Shown here: piece by piece, positions 1 through 586 of the stretch | How positions within the stretch are numbered: position 1 is the first letter of the stretch | How the letters are laid out: each line of letters starts with the position of its first letter | Origin: a phage | DNA length: 586 nt | Sequence record: AF056276.1 | Reading direction: 5' to 3' (one strand) | Position numbers and translations under genes: made by a program | The notes under the pieces: model-generated | Told to the model about the DNA's origin: nothing | The model's input: only the letters and a program-made list of their open reading frames with translations | Databases searched by the model: none

Positions 1-60
1 GCTCNTCTTTGGGCGGCCATGTCAACTCNNTNGGACNCNACACCATGTNCGANAAANTGG
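1..60. other. Low-quality base-call region at the read start (9 ambiguous N positions). Sequence and reading frame here are unreliable.
   Basis: N calls at positions 5, 29, 30, 32, 37, 39, 49, 53 and 57. A cluster like this at the 5' end is typical of the start of a Sanger-type read. Confidence 0.8.
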
Positions 61-455
61 AACAGATGGGGTTGCATGCTCGCTCCTACTTAATGGATAA
101 GAGTCGTGGAGATGTTCGTGAAACAATGCGTGATTTGCTCGTTGAAGCAAAACCTAAAGCAGAACGTATCTTGTCCGAACTGCGTGTACCGATTGCATAT
201 GTGAAAGGTATCAAGAAGAACGATAACGATGATGTTCGTAACTTCGTGATTCAGACTAACATTCGTTTCCATCAGTCAGGTATTCCGTGGCAGGAAATTG
301 AAAGCAACTTATATCGTTTGCATCAAGTTCTCGAACAGTATATCTTCGGTGTACTAGGAACTGGTGAGCCTGATATGATTACTGTATCAGATAAAGACCG
401 CCTAGCAGCACATGGATTTGATACGGTTACATCATTCAGGAATATGAAAAGATGA
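3..455 (+). CDS. Hypothetical protein, probably 5'-partial. The frame is open from the window edge to TGA at 453-455, and the true start is either upstream of the window or at one of the internal ATGs (45, 66, 93).
   Basis: Seen in sequence: an uninterrupted reading frame of about 150 codons ending at TGA 453-455. Arginine codons are strongly biased to CGT (8 of 12), consistent with genuine coding sequence. The track's apparent start at 9 is a TTG inside the N-rich region and is not credible, and none of the internal ATGs has a convincing Shine-Dalgarno motif. I recognise no conserved catalytic or binding motif in the translation. Indels in the low-quality first 60 nt could shift the frame there. 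Confidence 0.7.
   Translation, partial: XSLGGHVNXXGXXTMXXKXEQMGLHARSYLMDKSRGDVRETMRDLLVEAKPKAERILSELRVPIAYVKGIKKNDNDDVRNFVIQTNIRFHQSGIPWQEIESNLYRLHQVLEQYIFGVLGTGEPDMITVSDKDRLAAHGFDTVTSFRNMKR
438..442 (+). promoter_or_regulatory. Shine-Dalgarno-like ribosome-binding site for the downstream CDS, embedded in the 3' end of the upstream CDS.
   Basis: AGGAA at 438-442, followed by a 9-nt purine-rich spacer (tatgaaaag) before ATG 452-454. The spacing is within the usual range for bacterial translation initiation. Confidence 0.4.
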
Positions 456-586
456 TAAAAAACTTTATTAGTTCCCTATGGCAAGGTAAGTGGTATATCC
501 TGGGAGCAGGTCTAGCGATAGGCATCGGATTCGGTGCTTATCACTTAGTTAATAANGTTGAGACTCTAGCAGGTGATCTTGCAGTA
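452..586 (+). CDS. Hypothetical small membrane-anchored protein, N-terminal 45 codons only (3'-partial, runs off the window). It has a predicted single N-terminal transmembrane helix with a glycine-zipper-like motif.
   Basis: Seen in sequence: ATG at 452-454 overlaps the upstream stop (ATGA), with AGGAA at 438-442 nine nt upstream. The translation is MIKNFISSLWQGKWYILGAGLAIGIGFGAYHLVN(K/N)VETLAGDLAV, open to the window end. Residues 14-33 are hydrophobic with a G20xxxG24xxxG28 spacing, and K3 and K13 precede the helix, which by the positive-inside rule suggests an N-in orientation. The N at 556 leaves codon 35 ambiguous (Lys or Asn). Confidence 0.6.
   Translation, partial: MIKNFISSLWQGKWYILGAGLAIGIGFGAYHLVNXVETLAGDLAV

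Noticed and set aside
9-11. TTG listed as the start codon of the 148-aa ORF
   Set aside because: It sits inside the N-rich low-quality region and has no upstream Shine-Dalgarno motif. The frame is open back to the window edge, so this is just the first start-like codon in the frame and the real start is unknown.
74-79. GCATGC (SphI site) and nearby sequence that could be cloning-vector polylinker
   Set aside because: A single 6-bp restriction site is expected by chance, and I could not match the surrounding bases to any vector polylinker I know. It is kept only as a caveat in a finding and not annotated as vector.
90-272. 60-aa ORF on the minus strand (METNVSLNHEVTNIIVIVLL…)
   Set aside because: It lies entirely antisense to the much longer + strand ORF. 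Its translation is cysteine- and phenylalanine-rich low-complexity sequence typical of a shadow ORF, and it has no independent start or ribosome-binding-site support.
478-489. ATG at 478-480 opening a tiny frame (M-A-R-stop)
   Set aside because: It encodes three codons only, sits inside the better-supported downstream CDS in another frame, and has no plausible function.
456-586. Search for a rho-independent terminator or promoter between the two genes
   Set aside because: There is no intergenic space because the genes overlap by 4 nt, and no GC-rich stem-loop followed by a T-tract is visible anywhere in the window.

Overview
This 586-nt window looks like a single low-quality sequencing read (9 N calls in the first 57 nt, one more at 556) carrying two tightly packed same-strand protein-coding genes. 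Gene 1 is a long open frame on the + strand running from the window's 5' edge to a TGA at 453-455; it is probably 5'-truncated and I cannot assign it to any protein family from memory. Gene 2 starts at an ATG (452-454) that overlaps gene 1's stop in an ATGA arrangement, is preceded by an AGGAA Shine-Dalgarno-like motif, and runs off the 3' edge. Its first 45 codons encode a short basic N-terminus followed by a glycine-rich hydrophobic stretch that looks like a single transmembrane helix. The compact overlapping layout, the CGT-dominated arginine codons alongside ATA and CTA codons, and the moderately AT-rich composition fit a phage or bacterial accessory operon, but no named system can be supported from sequence alone. 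Nothing here demonstrates a novel biological system; the most checkable lead is the small membrane-anchored protein coupled to an unrecognised upstream gene.
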